From the NCBI RefSeq assembly GCF_009914755.1, contig NC_060925.1: a stretch of DNA of 64,000 bases. One strand, written 5' to 3'. Below the pieces are notes generated by a model. The model had not been told where the DNA came from. It worked only from the letters and a program-made list of their open reading frames with translations, and made no database searches. This stretch comes from the human T2T-CHM13v2.0 reference genome, Homo sapiens. The translations under genes were made by a program, and so were the position numbers. Positions within the stretch are counted from its first letter, which is position 1, and each line of letters begins with the position of its first letter. Positions 28,590 through 41,022 of the stretch are shown here, one piece after another.

Positions 28590-30528
28590 TGTTTTCTATT
28601 TTTAATTTTTATGGGCACATAGTGGGTATATATGTTTATAAGGTATATGAGATATTTTGATAAAGGCATACAATTGTAATAATCACATCAGGGCAAATGG
28701 GGTATGCATCCCTCAAGCATTTATCCTTTGTCTTATAAGCAATCCAATTATACTATATTAGTTGTTTTAAATGTACAATTAAATTATTATTGACTATAGC
28801 CAATCTGTTGTGCTAGCAAATACTAGGTCTTATTCATACTTTCTAACTATTATTATACCCACTTCCACACCCTCCCCACAACAATCATGCCACTACAATT
28901 CCCAGCCTCTGGTAACCATCCTTCTAGTCTCCACCTCCATGAGTTAAATTGTTTTAATTTTTAGCTAATTTTAGCTACCACAAAAAGAGAGAGCATGTAA
29001 AGTCTGTTTTTCTGTGCAGGGCTTGTTTCACTTAACATAATGGCCTCCAGTTCCATCCATGTTGTTGCCAATGAAAGGATCTCGTTCTTTTTTATGGCTG
29101 AATAGTACTCCATTGTGTAGGTGTACCATTTTTCTTTATCCATTCATCTGTTGACAGACACTTGAGTTACTTCCAAATCTTGCCTATGGTGAATAGTGCT
29201 GCAATATACATGACATTGCAAATATATCTTCAATATACTGATTTCCTTTCTTGGGTATATACCTAGCAGTGAGATTTTTGGATCATTTGGTAGCTCTACA
29301 GATTTTTGAAAAAGGTCCAAAACTGTTCTCCATAGTGGTTGTGTTAATTTACATGCCCACTCACAATGTATGAGGGTTCCCTTTTCTCCATATCCTCGCC
29401 AGCATTTGTTATTGCCTGTCTTTTGGATATAAGCTATTTTAACTGAGATGAGATGATATCTAATTGTAGTTTTGATTTGCATTTCTCTGATTATCACTGA
29501 TGTTGAGCACCTTTTCATATGCCTGTTTACCATTTGTATGTCTTCTTTTGAGAAATGTCTGTTCAGAACTTTTGCCCATTTTTAAATCATATTATTTGAT
29601 TTTTTTCCTATTACTTGAGTTCCTTATATTTTCTGATTATTAATCCCTTGTCAGGTGGGTAGAGTTTGCAAATATTTTCTCCTATTGTGTGAGTCATCTT
29701 TCACTTTGTTCATTGCTTTCTTTGCTGTGCAGAAGCTTTTTAACTTGATATAATCCCATTTGTCCATTTTTGCTTTGGTTGCCTATGTTTGTGGAGTATT
29801 ACTCAAAAAATCTTTGCCCACGCCAATGCCCTGGAGAGTTTCCTCAATGTTTTCTTTTAGTAGTTTCATAGTTTGAGGTCTCAGATTTAAATCATTAATC
29901 TCTTTTAATTTAACTTTGTAGATAGTGAGAAACAGGAGCCTAGTTTCATTCTTCTGCATGTGGATATCCAGTTTTCCTAGCAGCATTTATAGAAGTGACT
30001 GTCCTTTCCCCAATGTATATTCTTGGCACTTTTGTCAAAAAGGAGTTCACTGTAGATAATATGGATTCTTTTCTGAGTTCTCTATTCTGTTCCTTGGTCT
30101 ATGTGTCTGCTTTTATGCCAGTACCATGCTGCTTTGGTTACTATAGCTCTGCAGTATAATTTGAAGTCAAGTAATGTGATTCCTCCAGTTTTGTTATTTT
30201 TGCTCAGGATAGCTTTGGTTCTTCTGGGTCTATTGTGGCTCTATATAAATTTTAGGATTTTTTCTATTTCTGTGAAGAATGTCATTGGTATTTTGATAGA
30301 GATTACATTCAATCTACGGACTGCTTTGGGTAGTGTGGACATTTTAATAATGTTGATTCTTCTAATCCATGAACATGGAATATCTTTCCTTTTTTTCTGT
30401 CCTCTTCAATTTCTTTGATCAATATTTTATAGTCTTCCATAAACGAGAGCTTTCAGTCCTTTGGTTAAGTTAATTCCTACGTGTTTAATTTTATTTTTGG
30501 CTACTGCAAATGGGGTTACTTTTCATGA
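28590..30528 (-). mobile_element. 5'-truncated L1MA (MA3-like)
   Basis: Antisense L1MA 3'UTR (aataatcacatcagggcaaatggggta) and ORF2 C-terminal remnants (ORFs at 28961-29986). Confidence 0.88.
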
Positions 30529-31003
30529 TTTGAGAGGACTGACTCCAATTTTGAAAGAAGTTCTACTGTGAGTAAAATGCTATCAGAGAGCTTCACCTGC
30601 TACAGAGAAGTATTTCATGAGTTAACTGATGAAGTCAACTGATGTGGTATACCTCATTGCTGTCTTATTTTAAGAAATTGCCACAGCCACCCCAACCTTC
30701 AGCAATAGCACCCTGATCAGTCAGCAGCCATGAACATCAAGGCAAGACCCTTCACCAGCCAAAAAGATTAAGACTCACTGAAGCCTCAGATGAACATTAA
30801 TTTTTTTTTTGCAATAAAGTGTTTCTCAATTAAGGTATACACATTGATTTTAGACATAATGCTATTGCACATTTTATAATATAGTGAGCATAAGTTTTAT
30901 ATGTACCAGGGAACCAAAAAATTCATGTGACTCACTTTATTGTGATATTCATTTCATTGCTATGATCTCGAACCAAACCCACAATATCTCTGAAGTATGC
31001 CTG
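30529..31003 (+). mobile_element. Tigger1 3' fragment (TcMar DNA transposon)
   Basis: tttgagaggactgactccaattttgaaagaagttctactgtg...; ends in TIR ctgaagtatgcctg followed by TA. Confidence 0.9.
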
Positions 31004-31882
31004 TATGTTAAAAGGTTCACAGTCATTCCTTTTAGGTAGGAGGATTATGTGTTTCAGTTTTTTTCTTGCTTGCTTTCAATAGTTAGCTATATTTTCCAAA
31101 TTTACTACAGTGAGCATTCCTACAGTGACTACCTAGGCACAAATCCTGTATAAACCACTTACTAATTGTATGATCTTCAGCAAGTTATTCATCCTTTCTT
31201 TGTCTCAGTTCCTTTCAGCTTCTTCAACTGCAAAATGGGGGTTAGGATACTAATAATGGTACTTACTTCAAAGAATTTCTTTGAGGAATAAATGAATGAA
31301 TTAATATAAAGGGCTTAGAACACTACTTATGACATTGAAGTGTTCCGTAAATTTTAGCTATTAATGTAATAAGTTGAATGACAGAGCAAATGAGAACCTG
31401 TGTTATATTTCCTATTAGTATTAGAAGTATAGTAATATTAATAGATAACATTTGCTGCACTGTTCCTATGGACCAGGCATTAAATTTAGTGTTTTATTTG
31501 CATCATCCCATGTGTTTCTTCCATCAACGCTATTAGGTACTATTAACCCCACTGAATAAATATAGAAATTAATAATTTAAATAGACAGTTCAATAACTTT
31601 CTCAAGGTCACAGAGGCAGTAAGTGGAAGAGCTAGGCCTGGAATGTATGTCTAACGAAAAGTCTGTATTCTTAACTAGTACATTTTGCTTGATGATGATG
31701 ATGATGATGATGAGCATCAATAACAGGTTTTGAAAGAAGGTGGAGGAGGAGGTGAAGGATAAACAGGAGAAAAGGAAGGTCGAAAAGGAATAAGGGCAAA
31801 AAACCTGTTTTAGTAGCAGTTTTCTAGTAGTAATCTGTTGTGGTGGTAGTTTTTGTTCTTGCTGCTGTTGTTGCTATAGTTT

Positions 31883-32199
31883 GAATGAGAAGGCAACTTT
31901 ACTTCATACTGAGGTCTGGGCAGATGTCCAGTCTCAGAACTTCTGAAATTGATTCTTGATGGTGGTGGCCTTGGTGACATTGAGCATGTTGAAGTGCACT
32001 ATCTTCCTCAAGGGCTAGCACTTGTCCACCATGATGATGTTGCTGACCTGGATGTCCTTGAAACAGAGGGACAGGTGTGCAGACATGTTCTTGGGGTGCT
32101 TCTTGTAGGATTGTACTTGTGGATGTAGTGGAGATAGTCCTGGTGGATGACAATGGTGCTCTGCATTCTCATGTTGGCCACCATGACAGACAGGATACT
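31883..32199 (-). pseudogene. RPS11: 5'-truncated processed pseudogene of 40S ribosomal protein S11
   Basis: Frameshifted translations ILSVMVANMRMQSTIVIHQDYLHYIHKYN, KKHPKNMSAHLSLCFKDIQV and NQFQKF* match the RPS11 C-terminal half ([30 protein letters not shown]...KQFQKF). No introns. Stop at 31934-31936, 3'UTR ending ttctcattc, then a decayed A-rich tail. Confidence 0.92.
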
Positions 32200-32271
32200 G
32201 TTGGGGTGTTTTAATAAAAACAATAGCCATCAAGTATTGAGTCCCTATTGTCTACCAAACACTATGGTAGT

Positions 32272-32666
32272 TGTGATGGTTAATACTGAGTATCAACCTG
32301 ATTGGATTGAAGGATACAAAATATTAATCCTGGGTGTGTCTGTGAGGATGTTGTCAAAGGAGATTAACATTTGAGTCAGTTGGGCTGGGAAAGGCAGACC
32401 CACCCTTAATCTGGGTGGGCACAATGTAATCAGCTGCCAGTGTGGCTAGAATATAAGCAGGCAGAAAAATGTGAAAAGAGAGACTGGACTAGTCTCCCAG
32501 CTTGCATCTTTCTCCCTTGCTGGATACTTCATGCCCTCGAACATCGGACTCCAAGTTCTTCAGTTTTGGAACTCAGACTGGCTTTCCTTGCTCCTCAGCC
32601 TGCAGATGGCCTATTGTGGGACCTTGTGATCATGTGAGTTAATACTTAATAAACTCCCCATATATA
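32272..32666 (+). mobile_element. MLT2A1/A2 (HERV-L) LTR, 3'-truncated
   Basis: tgtgatggttaatactgag...gagattaacatttgagtcagt...ttaatacttaataaactcccc. Confidence 0.92.
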
Positions 32667-32810
32667 ATCATCAGATCTCATGAGACTTAGTCACTATCAT
32701 GAGAACAACACAGGAAAGACCTGCCCCCATGATTGTTTTTCGCCAGGTCCCTCCCACAACACATGGGAATCAAGATGAGCTTTGGGTGGGGACACAGCCA
32801 AACCATATTA
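32667..32810 (-). mobile_element. THE1 (MaLR) LTR 5' portion
   Basis: catcagatctcatgagactt...tttgggtggggacacagccaaaccatat is the antisense THE1 LTR start. Confidence 0.9.
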
Positions 32811-33108
32811 GTAGTCTCTTTACTTAACATTGTCTTGTTTAATTTTCACAAGACCCCTATGAATTAGTATTATTACTTTCATTTTACAGATGAGAAAACT
32901 GAGGTACCAAGAGATTATTTAAACTGATCACAGGTAAAACGGCTCATAAGTAAGAGTCAGAAATATAAACCAAAATTGGTTTAAATCCATTGTCTGTGCT
33001 AATTCCACTGTGATATGCTGCCTTTGTGGACTGCTGATTTTGACCATGGCCAGGATGAAATTTCAGAGCCTGAATTCTCCAGAATGGAGACTAAAGAAGC
33101 AGCAAACT

Positions 33109-33405
33109 GGCCAGACACAGTGGCTCACGCCTGTAATCCCAGCACTTTGGGAGGCTGAGGCGGGTGGATCACGAGGTCAGGAGATCGAGACCATCCTGGC
33201 TAGCACGGTGAAACCCCGACTCTACTAAAAATACAAAAAATTAGCTGGGCATGGTGGCAGGTGCCTGTGGTCAGAGCTGCTCAGGAGGATGAGGCAGGAG
33301 AATGGCGTGAAACTGGGAGGCGGAGCTTGCAGTGAGCCAAGATCGCGCCACTGCACTCCAGCCTAGACGACAGAAAAAGACTCTGTCTCAAAAAAAAAAA
33401 AAAAG
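33109..33405 (+). mobile_element. AluY, full length
   Basis: Diagnostics gagatcgagaccatcctggcta, gaatggcgtgaa, ggagcttgcagt. TSD agcagcaaact. Confidence 0.93.
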
Positions 33406-33789
33406 AGCAGCAAACTTTCTCAGAATCTTAAAGGGAAATTTAAACACATCTATGTAAAAGTGTGTATGTGTGCATGTGTATGTTTAAACTACATTATTTC
33501 TTATAGTAATCCAAGAAATACTATATTGTTAAACACTTCTTTTTTTAAAATCTCCTATTACATACATCAGACGACAATCTATTGGCAATCCCAGGTAAAA
33601 CAGGATTGATGAATTGAGAAAAGGAGTCAAAATAATAACTCTATCTGTTTTGATGTCTCATGTTATTGCTGGAATGCAATTAATTTATGACTAGAGGCCT
33701 GAGACATTGCATCATATCCCATTTATCTGTGTGAAGTTTCAAAACAAGTGAGGAAAAAGTAACAATTTATTATGGATTTCTGAACACTG

Positions 33790-34390
33790 GAGTTTATAAA
33801 ACAAAGCAAGAAATTCAAATAAAGGAATCTTATTCACTGCTGATAGGACAGTAAAATAGTATAAACTTTCTGGCATCAATTTAGATATATGTGTAAAGAG
33901 TCTTTAAAATGTTCATATCCCTTTGCCTATCATTTCCTCTCATAGGAATTTATCCTAAGGAAGCAAAATAAAATTTGGGTAACATTTCCTGCATCAAGAT
34001 GTTCACTACATTGTTACTTATAACAACAACAAATGGAAAATAATCTTTATGACCAAGAATAAAGAGCTATTAATATTTTATAGCCATATTTATCAAACTT
34101 TTGATAACAGAAAATTGTCTGTGATAATATTTAGGTTCTTTAGAAGCAAAACATGAAAATGTATATACAGTACAAATTTAATTATGCTCCACGATAGAAA
34201 ATAAATAAGTTTAGAAATAAATATGCCAAAAAAATTAACAGTATTTGCTTCCAGTTAGTAAAATTGTAATTTTTGTGTGTGTGGGGGGGTGCTTTTTCTC
34301 TGCTTCAAATAATTATATTTCCCAAATTTACTATATTGCACATTGACTATTTTTACAATAAAAATGGGAAAAATAACTTCAAAAAGATAA
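33790..34390 (+). mobile_element. Very old L1ME-like 3' end
   Basis: Degenerate ttattcactgctgatagga.. and cataggaatttatcctaagg motifs. Confidence 0.6.
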
Positions 34391-36711
34391 AAAAATACAA
34401 AAAAGAAATAGAGCTTAATCAATCCAAGCATATCATTTTATTTTCTCTTATTGGCTGAACTTTTAGCATATTTAAATAAGAAGATCTGCTTTCATATCAC
34501 ACAAGTGCTCTCAGCTGCATTAATACATTTCCACTAAGAATATTTAATATCAGTTTTTTAGAGAGAAAATCACCTTTCCATAAAGGAATCTGGACATTTA
34601 GTTTTCATTGATTCTTGCAAATGCACTATTGAGCAACTACTTTTACGGGTTAATATATCAGTCCTGGGATACAACACCATATGCTGCGAGCTTTTATTAT
34701 TTCCTAGAAACATCAAGAAATACAACGCAAAAGCTAGACCTGTTTATACAATATATTTGATGCTGCAATTTTTAAAATTTATTTAATGGAGTCAGCCTGC
34801 AATGACTAATACATACATGTTTTTTTGCCTGCTAGTAGTACCAAGACCTAAATAACGTTCTTGACTAGATTACACTTATGCAGGTCTCATTTTAACGGAA
34901 ATTTGAGAGATGAAAAAAAGATTATAGAAAGAGATGCTATAAAAACAGACCTCACAAGTCAAACTTCATAGTAAAACTATTTTCTTTAACGTAGACTACC
35001 ATGAAAACAAACATCCTGTGAGCTAGAGATATATATTGTATCTTTCCTGCAGATCTTTATGCCTTCTTGCGACAGATTTCCATAATGTGATTACAGTTGA
35101 TGAGGCAATGGCCCACAGAAAGAGGCTGATAAAAGCATCAGGCTCCAGGAAACCAGATAAACATGTTCATGATTTCTAATTGGAACAAGGATAGGATAGC
35201 ACTCTATATGCAGACAGAACCCAGAGACAGGGAAAATATTGGTCCCTTCAACTTTAATAAATATGCATCCACAAAACAGACCCAACTCTCTTGTAAGAGT
35301 AACCCTTTAAAAAACATTCATGTTACTTGCACAGTTAATTGATAGATAAGATTGCAAAAGAGGCTGTATAGCTTCGACATGTAATAAGTAAGTTATAACA
35401 CTCTGGCAGAGACATTTTGAACAACAAAAAGAACATCCTCGTAAACAAACTAGAAGAGCAAAGAACATTGTGTGAGAAACTTGTCCAAAAGGCTATCTCA
35501 AGTAGTTTAACTGAAGGAACACATTTTTCCTAACTCTCTTATCATCTCACCCCTCTACCCCTCCTTGTATAAGCTGTATAAAGATAATCTTTATAGACAC
35601 TTAAGTGAAAGAAAAACTGGGCCAGGAATTTAATGTGACCCAAAGTTAAAGAAACAGTATAATTTCAGAGCTTCTGCTAAATCTCTATTTAGCAAAGAAC
35701 ACAATGAGGATAGATGATTCTCTTGTTTGAAAAGTAATTGGCCCCACTTCTTAGGAGTTAGTGGGTTCCTGGATCCAGCAGGCAAGCTGAGGGATGTGCT
35801 ATGAAAAAAAAAGAGGAAAAGAATAATTCCCTTTATGAATTTAGAAATCATGGCAGATTATACTGCTTCTAAGAAAATGTTTTCCTTCCTTCATATGAAT
35901 TGACTACACTGCTTCAGAATTATTGTTTGTTTTCCAGAGGTATGTGTTTGTGACAACCATAAGTTGCTGATATGAGACAGGAACATTAACAAAAGAATGA
36001 AAGAGGTAATGAAGAAAATCTCATAGGGGTCCCAAATTTGAAGTGAAAGACTCAGTCTAGTACATGTGACTAAAGCCGCCTATCGTGGATTATATTCTCT
36101 AGATTCAGTAACACAGACTTTGGAAAATATACTTTAAGGATTATTGATTGTCTTAGTGGAACAAGTAGGACAATCCTAGAATCAGGTGAACCCCTGTAGG
36201 TAAAGAGAGGGTTTTCCTAAGATCAGGGGAAAGAGAATGCCTACTGTTACTGTGAAAAACTGAAAAGGGAACTCTGCCATAGGAGAGTAAATAAAACCAA
36301 AAAGCAAAGCTAGGAACTAAAGTTTGTCCTTAAGAGGCTCTCTGTGTGTGGTGTAACTTTTTCTCCCTTGTCCTAAAATTCTGAGACAAGTCAGATTTAG
36401 CAAATAATGTTCAGGACTCTTCCCTAGATTTGATTCCTTCCTGTTGGCCCCTAAACTTTAGTAAATATTGCATACACTCAGTCTTGTGTCCATGGTGTTG
36501 TACAAAATTAAAGTATCAAAGCAAAGTGGCTGTATTTGCACCCCCTTTTTGCTGAAGCTAGCATGCCAGGAATAATATTGTATAGAAGAAGGCTCAGAGT
36601 CCCTAAATTCAAGACACTGGCCACTGTCTGACACACAAGTCAAGTTGCAGTTGAGATAAAATGATGAGAAGCAAGCAATCAAGGGATAGAGCAAGCAGAA
36701 TAGATTGACTC

Positions 36712-36749
36712 AGGAGAAGCTAAACTCCCTAGGAGAAGCTAAACTCCCT
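36712..36749. repeat. Perfect 19-bp tandem duplication (aggagaagctaaactccct x2)
   Basis: Read directly from the sequence. Confidence 0.95.
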
Positions 36750-37096
36750 ACTTTTTCCCAAATATACTAGCAAAAGACAACATAAAGTAAGAAGGTAGAT
36801 GTTGGATTGCAGGACTATGCTTTCATCTGCTTAAAACAATCATAATCTCACTATGTGTACAAAGCTTGTACAGAGTCTTCCATGATCAGTTGTCTCAATA
36901 TAACGGAATAGTAACTGATATCTTACGATTTGAGTTTTATTAATGTTTATTCAAGCATACGTTTTTAGTTCCCTTTATTTTCATCAATACTGTCTCTCAT
37001 GAAAAATAGGATTCGAAAGTATTATAAAAACGTGCACTATTAAAAAAATGTAGCTGAAGAAATTATGGTTAAAAGCAGATTAATACGTTCAAAATA

Positions 37097-37411
37097 CAAG
37101 TTGAGAATCCCTCATCTGGAAATCGAAAATCTAAAATGCTCCAAAATCCAAAACTTTTTGAGCACTGAAATGATGCCACAAATGGAAAATAATAGTTTTT
37201 CATGGACAAAATTATTCAAAGTATTGTATAAAATTACTTCCAGGCTATGTATACAAGATGTATATGAAATATAAATGAATTTCATGTTCAGACTTGGGTA
37301 CCCTCCCCAACATATTTCAGTATGTATTATATATGCAAATATTTCAAAATCTGAAAAAAAAACTGAAACACTTCTGGTCCCACGCGTTTAAGATAAGCTA
37401 TACTCAACTTG
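37097..37411 (+). mobile_element. Tigger4b-like MITE
   Basis: TIRs caagttgag.../...ctcaacttg flanked by TA. Confidence 0.88.
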
Positions 37412-37984
37412 TAAAAGCAAAGTCAGTACACAGAAGCACAAGCAAAAATATTTTCCAGAATCACTAGAGAGGGCTGTAAATATGGTTCCGAGTTTCCCAG
37501 CAGCCAAAGCAAAGGGAAAATAGGATCAGTTACAAGAATCATATTGTCTTAAAGATATAAACACTCTGTTGTACAGAAGAAAAGCTTCTCTTTTGAAACT
37601 GAGACTTGTGAGAAATGTTTCTCACAGATCTTTATAAAGAAGAGACAATAGAGAACAATACCCTTTGTAAACATAATAGCAAGTCTCTTCCAGTGTTTCC
37701 TTATAGTGTCCCTCAAGGAATCCTAACATATCATGCTAATGCTTCAATCAGTAAGGAACACTTTATTCTCAGATGAAATATTTGTATTATTTAATAACCA
37801 TCAGATAACAAAAGTCAACATATTGTATCTATTTCTCTGCATCTCTTGAACCAAAACTGTATCATTGCTGTGGATAAACAAGAATATATTCTTAATATAG
37901 TCATTATTTTGATATTTCTAAAAGAAGACAAAAGCATATTATTCTTACCAAAACCACTCTGAAGGTATCCACTATTTCCCTCAC

Positions 37985-38109
37985 CTGTGATTCTTTCACA
38001 TTTTCAACAGTAAAGTTGAACCAGACTCGGAAGCGTGGATTACAGGTGTCCGGCCTAATGAACAGATCATACTCAAACTCAGAGACCTGGTCCACCCGGC
38101 CCAGGTTAC
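37985..38109 (-). CDS. AGBL4: Internal coding exon (probably exon 3) of AGBL4 / cytosolic carboxypeptidase 6, N-terminal domain
   Basis: Minus-strand translation (G)NLGRVDQVSEFEYDLFIRPDTCNPRFRVWFNFTVENVKESQ matches human CCP6 as recalled (FESGNL...WFNF motifs of the CCP/Nna1 family). Acceptor tcttaatttttattaccag| (CAG at 38110-38112), donor CAG|gtgagg after 37985. Length 125 bp, phase 1 to phase 0. Confidence 0.95.
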
Positions 38110-38244
38110 CTGGTAATAAAAATTAAGAGAATTGGATTTTAATAGAAGTTCATGCAGCTCAATGGTACACACATTTAAATATTATGCTCTCTGATAGTGG
38201 CATTTGTCAACATTCAGTACTTGAAGGTTCAGTGTTCACAATCC

Positions 38245-38410
38245 AAAGGGCTGCCAAGTCTGAATGCAGCCCAGAGTAAGAAAAGCTTTCATCTAGGCCA
38301 GGCTGTGGTGCAAGCTTCTCTGCCTGGCCCTTCTGACCCAGATCCTTTTATGCTACAAGTATCTTTGACAGACCAGGATATTATATAAAGCCTGTGGTAA
38401 GCCCCTATAA
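38245..38410 (+). mobile_element. ERVL-class internal pol fragment (RT/RNase H connection)
   Basis: Translation QAVVQASLPGPSDPDPFMLQVSLTDQD resembles recalled HERV-L Pol QAAVQAALPLGPYDPADPMVLEVSVADRD. Confidence 0.7.
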
Positions 38411-38799
38411 ACCAAGAGAAGAATGGCAAACTTTGGTTTCTTACATAGAAAAGTGAGGATGATAATACCTTATGTATTTTGTATTAAGCTTCATTGTATA
38501 CAAACTACCTGTAATACATTGGATCTTGTTTAATTTTTACAACAGGCATATATGGTTTGTACTGAGCTTCTTATATCCTAAACTTCTATCAGAATATGTT
38601 AAAGAATATGTACAGTAAGGTTTTAAACAAAAATTAGAAGTAATTGCTACATAAGAATAACACAATCATGAAACCTAATTTCCATTTTCTCCAACAACAG
38701 AACTAACAGTTATATAAAAAATGTGTAAACTTAGGTGTTATCTCCATTTTCCATATTGTCTCTCCTTTTTCTCACTGATATTCTAATGAGCAGTGAATT

Positions 38800-39375
38800 G
38801 TTAGAGAGGCAAGATATTTGTTACACAATGGTACTGAATTTGGAGTCAGAAGAACTAGTTTAGTTTTAGTTCTGGAACTAACTAAGCAACTTTAGACAAT
38901 TCACTTAACCTCTTCCAACATCTGTTTCCTCAACTATAAAGTTAGAATCATATTAATAGAAACATGAAAATTTATTTCTATGCCAACTACTACGAACACT
39001 AGTTGAAATTAACGTACACAATGTATATGAATATTAAGTTTTGATAGAAAATTAAAGTTTTCTGAGCATTTCTACAGGCCACATACTGTCCTAAATGCTA
39101 AATGAACTAAACTATTTGATCCTCTCAACAACTCCTATGAGGTAGAGACCATTACTATCCCCATTTTACATCTGAGAAAACCAAGGTACAGAGAACTTAC
39201 CCAAAGTTATACAGCAAGTAAACAAGTAAAAGTCACATTTGGGATTTGAATTCAAGGAACCTGGCTCTAACCACTAGACAATATAGCTGTCTACCTAACA
39301 GAGCTGGTAGGAATAATAAACAAATAACATAAATTGAAAGCACATTTTAAGTGGTAAGGCTTAATAAAATTACTA
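38800..39375. mobile_element. Cluster of MIR fragments in both orientations
   Basis: ttggagtcagaaga...ctgtttcctcaactataaa; ccccattttacatctgagaaaacc. Confidence 0.7.
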
Positions 39376-40970
39376 TTCTTAAAATAACAAGAAGTTGAAA
39401 AGGTACTTTTTTCCCTCTAAAAGTTCATGATATAAAAATTAAATATTAATATTCACTTCAATATTCAAAGAAATGCAGATTTTCATTTTGTTCTTCATAC
39501 TAAAAAAGTATAAATGGGTTTTGATAAACAATATCTTAAAATTACTGTGGCATATAGTGTCCAATAATAATCCACCATATGTGTCTACAAATTTGTAGTT
39601 TCAAAATGATTTGACATCTTTTATATTATTAAATCCTCACCATGACCCAGTGATAGGTAAATTGAAACCCAGAAATGTTTAGTGCTTGCTTAAGTTCATG
39701 TTTTAAAGCACCAGGGTGAGACCATAAATTAAACACTTCTGATTTCATTGTGTTTTTCTTTCAGAATCTACCATAGCTACAACCAATTCATTTATTAAGC
39801 CATTTAATCAGTAATTCATTCAAAAGGCACTATGCTTTGTGTTATAAAAGAAACTAGATAGTATCAAACATATACTTTCTTTGTGCTCACTAAGCTTATA
39901 GTCTGAAAGAATAGTGAACATCTGGTCTTTGGCCTTCTGCAACTACTCTGTTGACCTTCTTCATCATTCTTGTGATGAGCATTCTCTGTATGTGTGTGTG
40001 TGTACATAAAAAATACTTTCCTTATACACAATTAAGTGCCAGTTTATGGCCTTCTGGAAATAACTATTTCAGAATAAGTTAATAATGCCTCCATATCACC
40101 TGGTTCTCTTTCATTAAATGAAACACAAGGAAAGAAAACAAACACAATCTAAAATACATAGGTAGGACAAATATAACACAGAACATAAGCTGTAGATTTT
40201 ATACCCAAATATATCACTAAATGTGTTATATGTAAATGGATTAAAATTATAATTAAGACAAACTGGATGAACCTGGAGTACATTATGCTAAGTTAAATAA
40301 GCCAGACGCAAAAAGAAAAATATTGCATGACTTGACTTATATGTAGAATCTGAAAGAAAAAAAGCCAAACACACAGAAACAGAAAATAAAATGGTGGTTA
40401 CCAGGGGCAGATGGTGGTGGACAAAATGAGATATGTAGGTCAAAGAGTAGAAAATCACAGTTATGTATGATGACTAAACCTAGAGATCATGTACAGCATG
40501 AGGATTATAGTTAATAATATTATATATCATACTGGAAATGTGCTTAGAAAGTAGATTGTAGTTGCTTTTACCATGCATACATATACCAAAAAAGTTAACT
40601 ATATGAGATAATGAATATGCTAATTTGCTTGACTTTGGTAGTCATTGCATTATGTATATCAAAACATAATGTTCTACATCTTATATATATAAAATAAAAT
40701 AATTTTTTAAATACAAGACAAAATTTTATTTTGGATATAATATCAACTATATGTTGCTTATAAATGCAAGCTTTCCTTTTAGGAGCACAAAAAGATTGAA
40801 AATAAAATGACAAAAAGTTTTAACAGAAAAGCACTATTAATAAGAAAGCAAATGTAACTATACTTATATCAGACAACATAGACTATAAATCAAGTAACAT
40901 TACTAGAAATGAATAGGGGTATTTCATTTTGAAAAAGGGTAATTCCACCAAGAACATATAAAAACATTAA

Positions 40971-41015
<45 letters not shown>

Positions 41016-41022
41016 CAGATAG
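40971..41022. repeat. (ATAG)11 ACAG ATAG tetranucleotide microsatellite
   Basis: Counted from the sequence. Confidence 0.95.

Noticed and set aside
31899-32153. 84-aa His/Gln-rich ORF as a novel microprotein
   Set aside because: It is an out-of-frame reading of the RPS11 pseudogene, with no promoter or splice evidence.
37904-38095. 63-aa ORF as a standalone gene
   Set aside because: It is the AGBL4 exon read through its donor site into intron (VREIV... is intronic); the true exon is 37985-38109.
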